Assembly (NCBI GenBank): GCA_945861765.1
Contig: CAMAWP010000005.1
Span: forward strand, 2,651-66,650
DNA length: 64,000 bases
Source: Akkermansia muciniphila
Lineage (GTDB): Bacteria > Verrucomicrobiota > Verrucomicrobiia > Limisphaerales > SIBE01
Direction: 5' to 3'
The position numbers and the translations under genes were made by a program. Position 1 is the stretch's first letter. Every line of letters starts with the position of its first letter. Of this stretch, positions 48,186 to 57,455 are shown piece after piece. The notes below the pieces were generated by a model, which saw nothing but the letters and a program-made list of their open reading frames with translations, was not told the origin of the DNA and did no database searches.

Positions 48186-49252
48186 GCTGGAACAAGTGAA
48201 AGCTTTGCAGCAGCCACGCGATCGTTCGCGCGCGCAATTTCCTCACGTATGACTTGGTTGATCTGACTCTGGATCGCTTGGGTGCTGACTCGAATGGCGT
48301 TCATGATCGCCCGCTCGCGCGCTGAACCGTGAGCCTTCATCACGTTGCCGTTCAAGCCAAGCAAAGGCGCGCCTCCATAAGCATCCGGGTCCATGCGACG
48401 TTTTATAGTTCGCAGGGCGTTTTTGGCCAAGAGAGCCCCGAGGATGCGAATCGGGTTTTTGGTCAATTCGGTTTTCAGCCAACCCATCAGCCCTTTGGCA
48501 AAACTTTCGATTGTTTTTAGAACAATGTTGCCAACAAAACCATCGCAAACAACCACATCGACGCGGTTGTGGAACAGATCGTGCCCCTCGACATTGCCAA
48601 TAAAATTAATGTCCACCAGCTTACAAAGCTTGAACGTCTCCAGGGTCAAATCATTTCCTTTATTCTCCTCGGTTCCGTTGCTGAGAATGCCCACACGCGG
48701 CTTCTTATAGCCGAGGATCTCGCGAGAATAAACGCTGCCCATGACCGCATAATGCAGAAGATGGAGCGGGCGGCTTTCGACGTTGGCGCCGGAATCCAAC
48801 AGAACAAACTCATTCTCCTGAGTAGGGATGACCGTAGCGATCCCCACACGATCGACGCCCTCCAGATTCCGCAGCCGAATCGTGGAAGCCGCGACTAGTC
48901 CCCCGGTGTTGCCCGGCGAGATGAGGGCTTCGGCTTTTCCGCTCTTGAGAAGCTCCACCGCCCGGAGAATCGAACAATCCTTTTTCCTGCGAATGCCTTC
49001 CACGGGCTTGTCTTGCATCGTCAAGACCTCAGAAGCGTGGACAACACTTACTCGACTGTCGCGAAGCTGGCATTGGGTCAGAGCCGTTTGAATTGCTTGC
49101 TCATGGCCCACCAAGTAAATCTCGGAAATTCTCGCGTTGGTTTGCAGTGCCTGCTTGACACCTTCGATGACAACCTCACAGCCGTGGTCGCCACCCATGA
49201 CATCCACCACAATTCGCATAACGTAAAAGAGCGTAGAGAACACTCGTTCCAC
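48182..49252 (-). CDS. plsX: Phosphate acyltransferase PlsX
   Basis: MRIVVDVMGGDHG (likely start at 49219). ATGA overlap with fabH. Confidence 0.93.
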   Translation of the reverse strand: MERVFSTLFYVMRIVVDVMGGDHGCEVVIEGVKQALQTNARISEIYLVGHEQAIQTALTQCQLRDSRVSVVHASEVLTMQDKPVEGIRRKKDCSILRAVELLKSGKAEALISPGNTGGLVAASTIRLRNLEGVDRVGIATVIPTQENEFVLLDSGANVESRPLHLLHYAVMGSVYSREILGYKKPRVGILSNGTEENKGNDLTLETFKLCKLVDINFIGNVEGHDLFHNRVDVVVCDGFVGNIVLKTIESFAKGLMGWLKTELTKNPIRILGALLAKNALRTIKRRMDPDAYGGAPLLGLNGNVMKAHGSARERAIMNAIRVSTQAIQSQINQVIREEIARANDRVAAAKLSLVPA

Positions 49253-49270
49253 GTACGCTCTTAAAGCCGC

Positions 49271-49459
49271 TTAACCCAAAGCTTCGACGTTAATAACTAG
49301 TCGCCCCTTGTAATGTCCACATGCGGGACAGACGCGATGAGGGATGTAAGGGGCGGCGCACTGCGGACATGTGCTCAATTGAGGCAGCTTCAAGACGCTG
49401 TTATACGCACGACGTTGACGTTGACGACTTCTAGACGGTTTACGTTTCGGTACACCCAT
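49271..49459 (-). CDS. rpmF: 50S ribosomal protein L32
   Basis: MGVPKRKPSRSRQRQRRA and a CxxC...CxxC zinc ribbon. Confidence 0.95.
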   Translation of the reverse strand: MGVPKRKPSRSRQRQRRAYNSVLKLPQLSTCPQCAAPYIPHRVCPACGHYKGRLVINVEALG

Positions 49460-49468
49460 AAATCACTT

Positions 49469-49957
49469 TCAAAACTTCAGTTTGTTTAACTCAGCCCAGG
49501 CAGACGACAATTCGCCGGTTTGGCTGGCATCGCTTCCTGCCTGGCTCTGGTTTTGCGGTGCCTTCGGCAACCCGCGACATTCGCTTTCGCACAACGGATA
49601 CTGCGGAAACCCTAGCAAAATATCTTCCCTGATAAAGGGAGTCAAGTCCACGGAGTCATTGTTCACAGCCACCTGTTCTTCCCCTTCCAGCGGCAGGTCG
49701 CAAGTCCAGTCGCTCAATTCGAACGCCTTCCGGAACGGCTTCAAGCAGCGAATGCACTCACAATCGAGAGTGAACACAAGCTCCCCGCGGACTAGCAATC
49801 TTTCGCTAAGTCGCTCGATCGATAGATCATACTTTACCGGCCCCAAAACTTGGACGAGCTCATCCATTTCGTTTAAATCGAGGTCTGCACCCGATATCTC
49901 CCCTTCGAGATGAAGGCTTTTCTTTTCGAGATGCCGGAGGTTAAACGTAATTTGCAT
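49469..49957 (-). CDS. YceD/DUF177 family protein
   Basis: Conserved position upstream of rpmF. CxRC...C motifs. Start taken at MQITFNL. Confidence 0.8.
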   Translation of the reverse strand: MQITFNLRHLEKKSLHLEGEISGADLDLNEMDELVQVLGPVKYDLSIERLSERLLVRGELVFTLDCECIRCLKPFRKAFELSDWTCDLPLEGEEQVAVNNDSVDLTPFIREDILLGFPQYPLCESECRGLPKAPQNQSQAGSDASQTGELSSAWAELNKLKF

Positions 49958-49973
49958 AACGAGAAGCATCAGG

Positions 49974-50462
49974 TTAACGATGTAATTTAGCAAATTTGGC
50001 GTCTAAAGCGACTTTCACTTCTTTGGGAACGAACGCCGTCACATCGCCACCCAACCGTGAAATCTCCTTCACAATCCGCGAGTTGATGAAGGTGTAGGTA
50101 TCCTTCGGCATCATGAAGATGGTTTCAATCTTTTCATTCAATTTGCGGTTCATCAATGCCAATTGAAATTCAAACTCAAAATCCGAAACTGCTCGCAACC
50201 CTCGAATGATCGCGCTGCCGGAACGGCTCTCGACGTAACTCACCAGGAGACCAGTAAAGACATCGGCTTCGACGTTTGGCAGGTGCTTGATCGAGCGAGC
50301 AACTAATCCTCGGCGCTCCGCCATGGTAAAGAGCGGATGTTTGCTTTCGTTTTTCGCGACCGCCACAAACACTCGGTCAAAGAGCTTGGCAGCTCGTTGG
50401 ATCACATCCAGGTGACCGTTTGTAATGGGGTCGAAGCTGCCAGGATAAATCGCCGTTCGCAT
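49974..50462 (-). CDS. coaD: Pantetheine-phosphate adenylyltransferase
   Basis: AIYPGSFDPITNGHLD. Confidence 0.95.
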   Translation of the reverse strand: MRTAIYPGSFDPITNGHLDVIQRAAKLFDRVFVAVAKNESKHPLFTMAERRGLVARSIKHLPNVEADVFTGLLVSYVESRSGSAIIRGLRAVSDFEFEFQLALMNRKLNEKIETIFMMPKDTYTFINSRIVKEISRLGGDVTAFVPKEVKVALDAKFAKLHR

Positions 50463-50574
50463 ACCAAGATTCTAGCAGCAAAATCTGAATTGCCTACTCT
50501 GAACTCCGTCGCTTCCGGCCAACAGGAGGCAGTGATGGATAGCCTCGGCGTATGTATTAATTTCGCCCTATGCG

Positions 50575-52995
50575 CTACTTTGATGGTTCAATGTCTTCCG
50601 AACGTTGCGGTGCTGAGATCGGGTGTTTGGCTGGTCCGAGATTCGACTCTGCAGGTGAACGAGAGAGCGGGAGCTTCCAAGGGACTTCATAAATCGCCAC
50701 AGGTTGACGAATTCCTTTGATCGTTACCGGCGGCAGCTTGATGCAAGAGCCAGCTAATACCGGATCATTGCGGTTGATTTCAAGGTAAGTTGGCTCGCTA
50801 ATATAAATGTGTCCACGCCCAGAGAGACCTTCCAGACGGCTGGCTACGTTGACTTCACGGCCAAAGACCGTGTAGTTCAGAATATGCGCATTCGATCCCA
50901 TTAGTCCCACAGTCATTTCACCCGTGTTGATTCCAGTTCCCACCGATAATAACGGCAGCAAAGGCAAGGGAGGTTGGCCACTGGTCGCCCGCGTGATATT
51001 GTCTTTTTCTCGACGCTTATTTTCCTGAAACCGTCCTTGATTCAAGGCGTAGATGGTCTGTTGCGATTCAATTGCTGATCGCACACAACTGAGCGCATGT
51101 TTTTCGTTCTTGAGCGGCGCTCCCCAGAAGGCCATCACGCAATCGCCAATGTACTTGTCGAGAGTGCCACCGTGTTTCTTAACGGTGTCTGCAAGGACGC
51201 TCAAGTAGAGGTTCACCGTATTCAGAACCTCGCGGGCTTGCTCGCCCAAATAATCCGCTGCTGCTTTTCCAGACAGTTGTTGACGACGCACATACTCCTC
51301 GGCATTCGCCTGGCTGACATCCGTAAATTCGGTGAAGCCACGGACGTCAGCAAAGAAAACAGTCATGTGCCGACGCGCGCCTCCCAACGAGATTTGGTCC
51401 GCGTTCAAGAGCTCATTCACCACCTCGGGCGACACAATCTTGGTAAAGACCGCCTTGATGCGCCGTTGCTCTCGCTGCTCGAAGACCAAACGGTAAGTGA
51501 TTAACGAAAAATGCGGCAACAGAAGGCCACCCGCGACCGGCAAAAACAACGGAAGCCAAAAGCGGCTCTGGACATACAGGGCCACCCCTAGTCCCACATA
51601 GGCCGCGACGAGAAACAAAACGCAAAAGGAAGCTAACAGGACGCGGAGCCGCAAGGTCAAAACGGCGGAAGCGATCCCAAGCAACAAAATAATCAACCCC
51701 TGCGTCGTGTTGGTGCTCTGAGAAACAAAGCGTCCCAAAATAACGGAGTTTGCCACATTCCAATATTGGCTGACTAACATGCTTTGCTTCTCCAGGGGAG
51801 TCGTTCCCTGATCAGAAATGTTGCCTCCCGTCCCAATCGACCCGATAAAAACCAATTTGTCTCGGAACTTAGCATCGAAATTGGTTTGACCTTCTTCACG
51901 AAATTCGCTCTGCCTGATCAACCGGACTATGCTCTCGGTGGTCAACTGCTTCGGATCGTCGATTTTAATGCTCCAATCCACATAGAAAAAACCGTTCGCA
52001 TCGACCGGGATACTCCGCTGCAGCCCATTCGAGCCATGCAGAATGATGCGGTCGGGATGGATGACGGCGTGAACCAAGTCGAGTTTTAGCTGGTGGGCCG
52101 CCAGGATTATTCCTAAATGCCAAACTCGTGTGTCAGAATACGGTTTTGCGCCGACCGCCGTTTTGGGGACATTCGGTTCAGCACCGTCCGGATTCACGAT
52201 CAAGACGCCGTCCTCATCGAACCTTAAAAAGCCTTCACTATCCAAAGGCACGATGTCAGCGGCTTCGCCGTCGGTCCTTGGAAAAGCAATTCGATTGAGT
52301 TCGATTCGCGCGCGTGGCAGATCCCAGTTCAGAGATCTGACGCGCTCTTGAATCGCGGGATGCCAGTTGCGATAGTCAACATAAGCTTTCGCACGACGCA
52401 GTACGCCGTCAGGATCCTTTTGAGTATAGATGTTCCCGATGGCAAGAACGTTGGTCCGAAATAGCTCCGCCGGAAGCAGGTGACCTTCCGTGTGAGCCGC
52501 GAGCACGACGTTTCCAGCTTCTCGCAACCGCAGAGCGAAATACTCATCTGAACTCATGAGATTCGACCCACGTAGTTCAACCTTTGCTCCAGGATCTAAT
52601 TGGTCGAACAGAATATCGAAGCCGACCATGCTGGCTCCTTGGTCAGACAACTCCTTCAGCGCGCGACCGTAAAGGTGCCTCGGCCAAGGGAACTGAAAAC
52701 GATAACCAAGAGAACCGTTGTTCACCGTGGCAATGTCCGCATCATCGATAAACACTGCGGCCAGAAGGTTTGAAGCGGAAGGGGAGGATGAATTAGCGGC
52801 CCATCTGACTCGGGCATCGTAGGTCATCGACTCCAGCCGTTGCAGGAGGTCAAACCGCGATTCTTCACGGTTGCTCGTGCCGGGTAGAAACGATGGTAAA
52901 GCCTGGATGAAGCAGACCAAACCCAGAACGGCCACCGTGATGACGACGGGAGCCAATTTGATCGACTTGAGATGCACTCCCGTGGACTGAAACAA
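50575..52995 (-). CDS. CHASE2 sensor domain / class III nucleotidyl cyclase
   Basis: N-terminal TM segment, about 400-aa periplasmic CHASE2-like region, three TM segments, then the cyclase domain (VFFADVRGFTEF, KYIGDCVMAFWG, GINTGEMTVG, FGREVNVASRLE). The track start is TTG at 52995. GTG at 52977 is also possible. Confidence 0.9.
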   Translation of the reverse strand: MFQSTGVHLKSIKLAPVVITVAVLGLVCFIQALPSFLPGTSNREESRFDLLQRLESMTYDARVRWAANSSSPSASNLLAAVFIDDADIATVNNGSLGYRFQFPWPRHLYGRALKELSDQGASMVGFDILFDQLDPGAKVELRGSNLMSSDEYFALRLREAGNVVLAAHTEGHLLPAELFRTNVLAIGNIYTQKDPDGVLRRAKAYVDYRNWHPAIQERVRSLNWDLPRARIELNRIAFPRTDGEAADIVPLDSEGFLRFDEDGVLIVNPDGAEPNVPKTAVGAKPYSDTRVWHLGIILAAHQLKLDLVHAVIHPDRIILHGSNGLQRSIPVDANGFFYVDWSIKIDDPKQLTTESIVRLIRQSEFREEGQTNFDAKFRDKLVFIGSIGTGGNISDQGTTPLEKQSMLVSQYWNVANSVILGRFVSQSTNTTQGLIILLLGIASAVLTLRLRVLLASFCVLFLVAAYVGLGVALYVQSRFWLPLFLPVAGGLLLPHFSLITYRLVFEQREQRRIKAVFTKIVSPEVVNELLNADQISLGGARRHMTVFFADVRGFTEFTDVSQANAEEYVRRQQLSGKAAADYLGEQAREVLNTVNLYLSVLADTVKKHGGTLDKYIGDCVMAFWGAPLKNEKHALSCVRSAIESQQTIYALNQGRFQENKRREKDNITRATSGQPPLPLLPLLSVGTGINTGEMTVGLMGSNAHILNYTVFGREVNVASRLEGLSGRGHIYISEPTYLEINRNDPVLAGSCIKLPPVTIKGIRQPVAIYEVPWKLPLSRSPAESNLGPAKHPISAPQRSEDIEPSK

Positions 52996-53025
52996 AAAAA
53001 CCAGAGCAACGCAAGGTTGCTCTGG
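52994..53025 (-). terminator. Rho-independent terminator after the FecR gene
   Basis: Minus-strand RNA CCAGAGCAAC-CUUGC-GUUGCUCUGG (10-bp perfect stem, 53025-53001) is followed directly by UUUUUUU (53000-52994). Confidence 0.8.
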
Positions 53026-53046
53026 GTGTAAGACGATTCGATCAGC

Positions 53047-53829
53047 TTACTGTTTTTTCGCAGCGGCTGCGTTGGCAGTTTTGCTGACTTCAGTTCCTGT
53101 ACCGGGCGATACAAATTGAACTGGCTCGGGGACGATGGTAACCGGTGCCTCAGCCGTAGGCGCAGTTGGCGGCGGCGGCGCTTGGGGCGGTGCAACTGTC
53201 GGCGGCAGTTGACTCGTAGGTAATACCTGAGGAACCGCAGTCGGGACGTTCGGGTCAACCGGGGGAACAAAGCTTTGGCCCTCGTTAACTGTGTGCGTGC
53301 TGACTGCCCCAGATTTTGGATTTGTGTAAGCTATCATCACAGAACCCGTAATGACGTGGTGAACGCCATCGGCACTGATCTGATATTCTGTTCCGCGAAT
53401 GGCGCAAACAGTGTAAGGTGTTTTGACTTCGTACTTCGAAGCGGCCGCCAGTTTTTTCACGTTGCCCAAAATCGTGCCCGTCTTCAGATCGAGCATCGTT
53501 TCGATGACCACATCGGCACCGTTTCGGTCGATTTCCAATCGATTGAGCGCGAGCGTTGAATCTGATGTGACACGCACGACTGGCCCGTTCTCACCGAGGA
53601 AAAGATCCACTTGAGAGCTCACGCCAGCTTTTACACTGCTGCCTGGCCCTAGAACCTTTCCAACCTTGAGTAGTTTCCAATCTCCGGCGTGATCACTGAA
53701 TTCAGCGGTGCCACGAACTGACCTCACTACGGCCTTACCTACCGCCGCTTGAGCGGAAGAACCAACCAACATTCCTGCCACAGCGACACCACAAGCCATC
53801 CATTTCGTAAACTTGCCAACTGGTTTCAT
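53047..53829 (-). CDS. Exported FecR-domain protein with Pro-rich C-terminus
   Basis: Signal peptide. GKAVVRSVRGTAEFS...WKLLKVGKVLGPGSSVKAGVSSQVDLFLGENGPVVRVTSDSTLAL is FecR-domain-like. PPTVAPPQAPPPPTAP tail. Confidence 0.75.
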   Translation of the reverse strand: MKPVGKFTKWMACGVAVAGMLVGSSAQAAVGKAVVRSVRGTAEFSDHAGDWKLLKVGKVLGPGSSVKAGVSSQVDLFLGENGPVVRVTSDSTLALNRLEIDRNGADVVIETMLDLKTGTILGNVKKLAAASKYEVKTPYTVCAIRGTEYQISADGVHHVITGSVMIAYTNPKSGAVSTHTVNEGQSFVPPVDPNVPTAVPQVLPTSQLPPTVAPPQAPPPPTAPTAEAPVTIVPEPVQFVSPGTGTEVSKTANAAAAKKQ

Positions 53830-53871
53830 AAATTTTGCTCCTGTTTTAAGTAGTCATTCCAATGTGGCGAC

Positions 53872-53899
53872 AGTCTAGAAACTTAGAACTTAATGTCAA
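53872..53899 (-). promoter_or_regulatory. Candidate sigma-70-type promoter for the FecR gene
   Basis: On the minus strand: TTGACA (53899-53894), 16-nt spacer, TAGACT (53877-53872), about 40 nt upstream of the start in an AT-rich spacer. Confidence 0.25.
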
Positions 53900-53964
53900 T
53901 TGGATAATTGGGTTTGATTGGTTGAAATAAATATTGGTCAAAGAGACGGCCATTTTCCAGGCCT

Positions 53965-55950
53965 TTAAAGGGCGGATGCTTTTTCCGCCAGCTTCCGTTC
54001 AATGAGCTTGAGATACGACTCAGCGATCTGATTCACACGCCAATCCGGGAGTCGAAGCGATCGCGATTTCTCGAACCATCGTTTCGCTTCTGTATAATCT
54101 CCGATTTCAAAAAAATGCCACCCGACGTGAGCCACGACGTAAAAACTGTTGGGATCCAGTTCAGCGGCGCGTTTAAAGTAAAAGGCCGCCTCTGAGCGAC
54201 GTTCCAGCCAATGGAGGCACATTCCATAACGGAAATAATTGTAAGCGTCATGGGGATTCAACTTCATGCCTAACTCAAACCATCCTAAAGCCTCGGTCGC
54301 CAATCGGAGGTGGTTCTTTCCGCCTTGTCGGCTCAGATTTCTCAAAACTTCACCGGTTTTGTATGTGGTCTCGAAATTCGTTGGTTCTACCGCGTGGGCC
54401 TCTTTCAGGACATCAATCTCTTGTATCATCGCCTCCCCTATCTCACTGGAAAGCCTCAGCAATAGCTCAACATTCACCTCCTCAGCCGATTCCGCTTTGC
54501 TGTAATTCTTCATGCGGTTTAGGATCGAAGCGTCCAGCTTTTCCCCACGATTCAGCAGAACAAATTCGTGCGCCCTAGTCACACCATTCTGGCCCAGATA
54601 AACGAGTCCGACGAATGCCAGAGCAGTTAGCGCGGAGCGAGTGCCAATACCGCACGTCACCCAGTAACGCTCCGTGGCGAAACGAAGATGTCCCGTGAGC
54701 ATCGCCATGAGAGCCACAGCCAAAATGGCGTTTGCCGGAATGTGCATGTTAAAATCGAGCGCTGAATGGAACAGGATGGCCAGCAATCCCACGGCGGCCC
54801 CTAGCACAAGGGCGGAGCGGTTGCTTGGCTTGGCGGCCAAATCATTGGCGCGGCGGACGAATTTCCAGGTCTTGAAGGCTCCCCAATAGAGCAACCCCCA
54901 CGCTGAAGCCACCAGAACAGCCCCGACCAATCCCCAGTCCGCGAGTGTGTTCAGGTAGTCATTATGGGCTCGTCCCGGCCGCATTTGGACGACTTCCGGA
55001 CGAACCGAAGGAAACAAGTAATCAAAGTGCGCCGGACCACCACCCCACCAAAAGTGGTTCTGCCAAATCTGAACAGCGGGCTTCCAAAGGTGAAAGCGAA
55101 TGTCGTCCACGTTCCCGCTCTCGCGAAACATCTGCTGCCAACGTTTTTGGGGTTGATACGTGTGCTTGAAGAAGAACAGGCCGGCTCCAACGAGTAGTGC
55201 CAGAAAGACAACCGCTGGCAGTCGGCTGTTCCGCGACAAGACGAGAATCACAAACAGCACGAGCAAAGCCGCACCGGTCGCAATCCAACCCCCACGCGAT
55301 AACGAAACCCCAATTCCCACCAGCATCACCACAGATGCGTAACCGACGAACACTTTAATGGTCGGCTTAGACCGGCCTGCGAGAGTCAGCGCCAATCCGA
55401 GTGGGACGATCATCTCAAGAAACCCGGCGAAATTGTTCGGGCAAATGAATGTTCCAGACCCGCGCCCCAAGTATTGGGGTGGTTTTTCGAACAGCCAGAT
55501 TCCCCAAACGAACGCGGACTTGGTGAAGAATTGGTAAATCGCGTAAATCGAAATAGCCATCCCTAGAAAGATCACGACAAAAGCGATAAGTTGAGTCGAT
55601 TCCTGACGATGAAGGTTATTGAGGATCGCGAAAAACAGAAACGCGTAGATCACGATCTTGAGGAGTTCTCCGCGAGCGACATACTCAAGCTCCGCTTGCT
55701 GATAGCGAATAATCGCGTAACCCGTGAAGGCGAGAACCAACCAACAGATCGGCGGCCAAAGAAGGCGATAATTCGGCCGGAGCCAAAACCTAGCAATCCA
55801 AAGAGCTGCAACCCCCATCGTCAACCCCTGAATCACCAGCATTTCCAGAGGGCGAACTGCTCCGGTGGCAATCGGCCCAAATACTAAGATGGCCAGGATT
55901 AAACCGAGGATGCTTTTCTCGCACCAGTTATCCAAACGCTCGCGATCCAT
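53965..55950 (-). CDS. O-antigen ligase (Wzy_C)-like polytopic membrane protein fused to C-terminal TPR repeats
   Basis: 661 aa with about 12 TM segments. SLSRGGWIATGAALL loop context. The C-terminal about 200 aa are TPR-like. Confidence 0.8.
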   Translation of the reverse strand: MDRERLDNWCEKSILGLILAILVFGPIATGAVRPLEMLVIQGLTMGVAALWIARFWLRPNYRLLWPPICWLVLAFTGYAIIRYQQAELEYVARGELLKIVIYAFLFFAILNNLHRQESTQLIAFVVIFLGMAISIYAIYQFFTKSAFVWGIWLFEKPPQYLGRGSGTFICPNNFAGFLEMIVPLGLALTLAGRSKPTIKVFVGYASVVMLVGIGVSLSRGGWIATGAALLVLFVILVLSRNSRLPAVVFLALLVGAGLFFFKHTYQPQKRWQQMFRESGNVDDIRFHLWKPAVQIWQNHFWWGGGPAHFDYLFPSVRPEVVQMRPGRAHNDYLNTLADWGLVGAVLVASAWGLLYWGAFKTWKFVRRANDLAAKPSNRSALVLGAAVGLLAILFHSALDFNMHIPANAILAVALMAMLTGHLRFATERYWVTCGIGTRSALTALAFVGLVYLGQNGVTRAHEFVLLNRGEKLDASILNRMKNYSKAESAEEVNVELLLRLSSEIGEAMIQEIDVLKEAHAVEPTNFETTYKTGEVLRNLSRQGGKNHLRLATEALGWFELGMKLNPHDAYNYFRYGMCLHWLERRSEAAFYFKRAAELDPNSFYVVAHVGWHFFEIGDYTEAKRWFEKSRSLRLPDWRVNQIAESYLKLIERKLAEKASAL

Positions 55951-55985
55951 CGAACGTGCAACCTAGGGTAAGTCCGATGCCACGG

Positions 55986-57398
55986 TCACGCCAATTCCTC
56001 TCCCAGTTGGCGGGCGTAGGGGCGGGGTGAACTCAAATACTCGCGCGGATCCGTGATGTGTCCGGTGAGGGCGCTGGCGGCAACCGTTGCCGGAGAGGCC
56101 AGGAAGACTTGGGATTCCTTGTGACCCATCCGTCCAGGGAAATTGCGATTCGTGGCGCTAATGCATTTCATCGGCGTGTTCATTCTCCCAAAAGTATCCA
56201 CGGGTCCGCCCAGGCAGGCAGCACATCCGGCGTTTTCGGTCATCTGCACACCGGCATCCACCAAAATCTGCCAAATGGTCTTATCTCCCCACCGGGCCGA
56301 CTGCAAATCATGCACGATCTCCGGAGTGGCCGGCACGCCAAACGTGTCGATTGCGACGCGCTTGCCTTGCAGGACGCGCGCGAATTCGAGAAAATCACTC
56401 GTCTTGCCTCCCGTGCAGGAACCGATGTAAGCCCTATCCAAGCGGACGTTCCCTAACTCTTTTGCGAGTTTGCGCTGTCCCGGATCGGGATGGCAGGCAA
56501 CCGTCGGTTCGAGGGTGGAAAGGTCCATTGTGAATTCATAGACAAACTTTTCCTCACGATCGCGTTCGACTGGATCGTAAACTGGCCGAGTGCCGTTCAA
56601 CTTGCAACGGTAGTCCACGAAGGCTTGAGTTTGGGCGTCGAATTCAAAAATGCCATTCTTACCCCCCGCCTCGATCGCCATATTCGCGATGGTCATGCGA
56701 TCGTCCAGGGACAGGCTGGCCACTCCAGGCCCATCAAATTGCAACGCGCGGTAAGTGGCGCCATCGGACCCAATCTGGCCGATGCAATGAAGAATCACAT
56801 CCTTGGCCATGACGCCTGTTTGCAGCTTGCCTTCGAGACGAAAGTGCATTGTTTCGGGCACCTTGATGAGAAGCTTTCCCGTACCCATCACAAAGCCTGC
56901 ATCCGTATTCCCGATGCCTGTCGCGAAAAGGTTGAACGCGCCCGCCATGCACGTGTGAGAATCGGTCCCAAACAAGACTTCGCCGGGGCGAGTATGACCC
57001 TTTTGCGGAAGAGCAGTATGGCAAACGCCGGCGTAATTCGAGCCGTATTGGCGCTTCAACATTCCCTTGGACGAATCGAAAAGCCAATGGCCATTCGGGT
57101 CATCAATCACGTCATAGAAATAAGGCAGGCCCTGTTCCTTCACGAACTCTCGTAGGATATCCACGTTTCGATTCGACTTGGAATCGGCGGTAAAAATGTA
57201 GTGGTCAGGAATGATGACGACCTTATTTCGATCCCAGACCTTGGCGTGCCTGCCGAACTCTCGTTGAAAAACTCCGATCGTGCCGGGACCGCAGACGTCA
57301 TGAGTCATCAAGACATCGGCGTTAACCCAGATATTATCTCCAGCCTGAACTCGGTTTTTTCCCGAGGCGCGCCCTAAAATTTTTTCGGTCAACGTCAT
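55986..57398 (-). CDS. leuC: 3-isopropylmalate dehydratase / homoaconitase-type large subunit (aconitase family)
   Basis: MTLTEKILGRASG...MTHDVCGP, GTDSHT, and CGPC-equivalent Fe-S Cys contexts (GSCTGG, CAACLG). Confidence 0.85.
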   Translation of the reverse strand: MTLTEKILGRASGKNRVQAGDNIWVNADVLMTHDVCGPGTIGVFQREFGRHAKVWDRNKVVIIPDHYIFTADSKSNRNVDILREFVKEQGLPYFYDVIDDPNGHWLFDSSKGMLKRQYGSNYAGVCHTALPQKGHTRPGEVLFGTDSHTCMAGAFNLFATGIGNTDAGFVMGTGKLLIKVPETMHFRLEGKLQTGVMAKDVILHCIGQIGSDGATYRALQFDGPGVASLSLDDRMTIANMAIEAGGKNGIFEFDAQTQAFVDYRCKLNGTRPVYDPVERDREEKFVYEFTMDLSTLEPTVACHPDPGQRKLAKELGNVRLDRAYIGSCTGGKTSDFLEFARVLQGKRVAIDTFGVPATPEIVHDLQSARWGDKTIWQILVDAGVQMTENAGCAACLGGPVDTFGRMNTPMKCISATNRNFPGRMGHKESQVFLASPATVAASALTGHITDPREYLSSPRPYARQLGEELA

Positions 57399-57455
57399 AA
57401 ATGGTCAGTAACGATAGCGATCTGAGGCATCGGCTGCAACCGAGGAAACGTGAGA

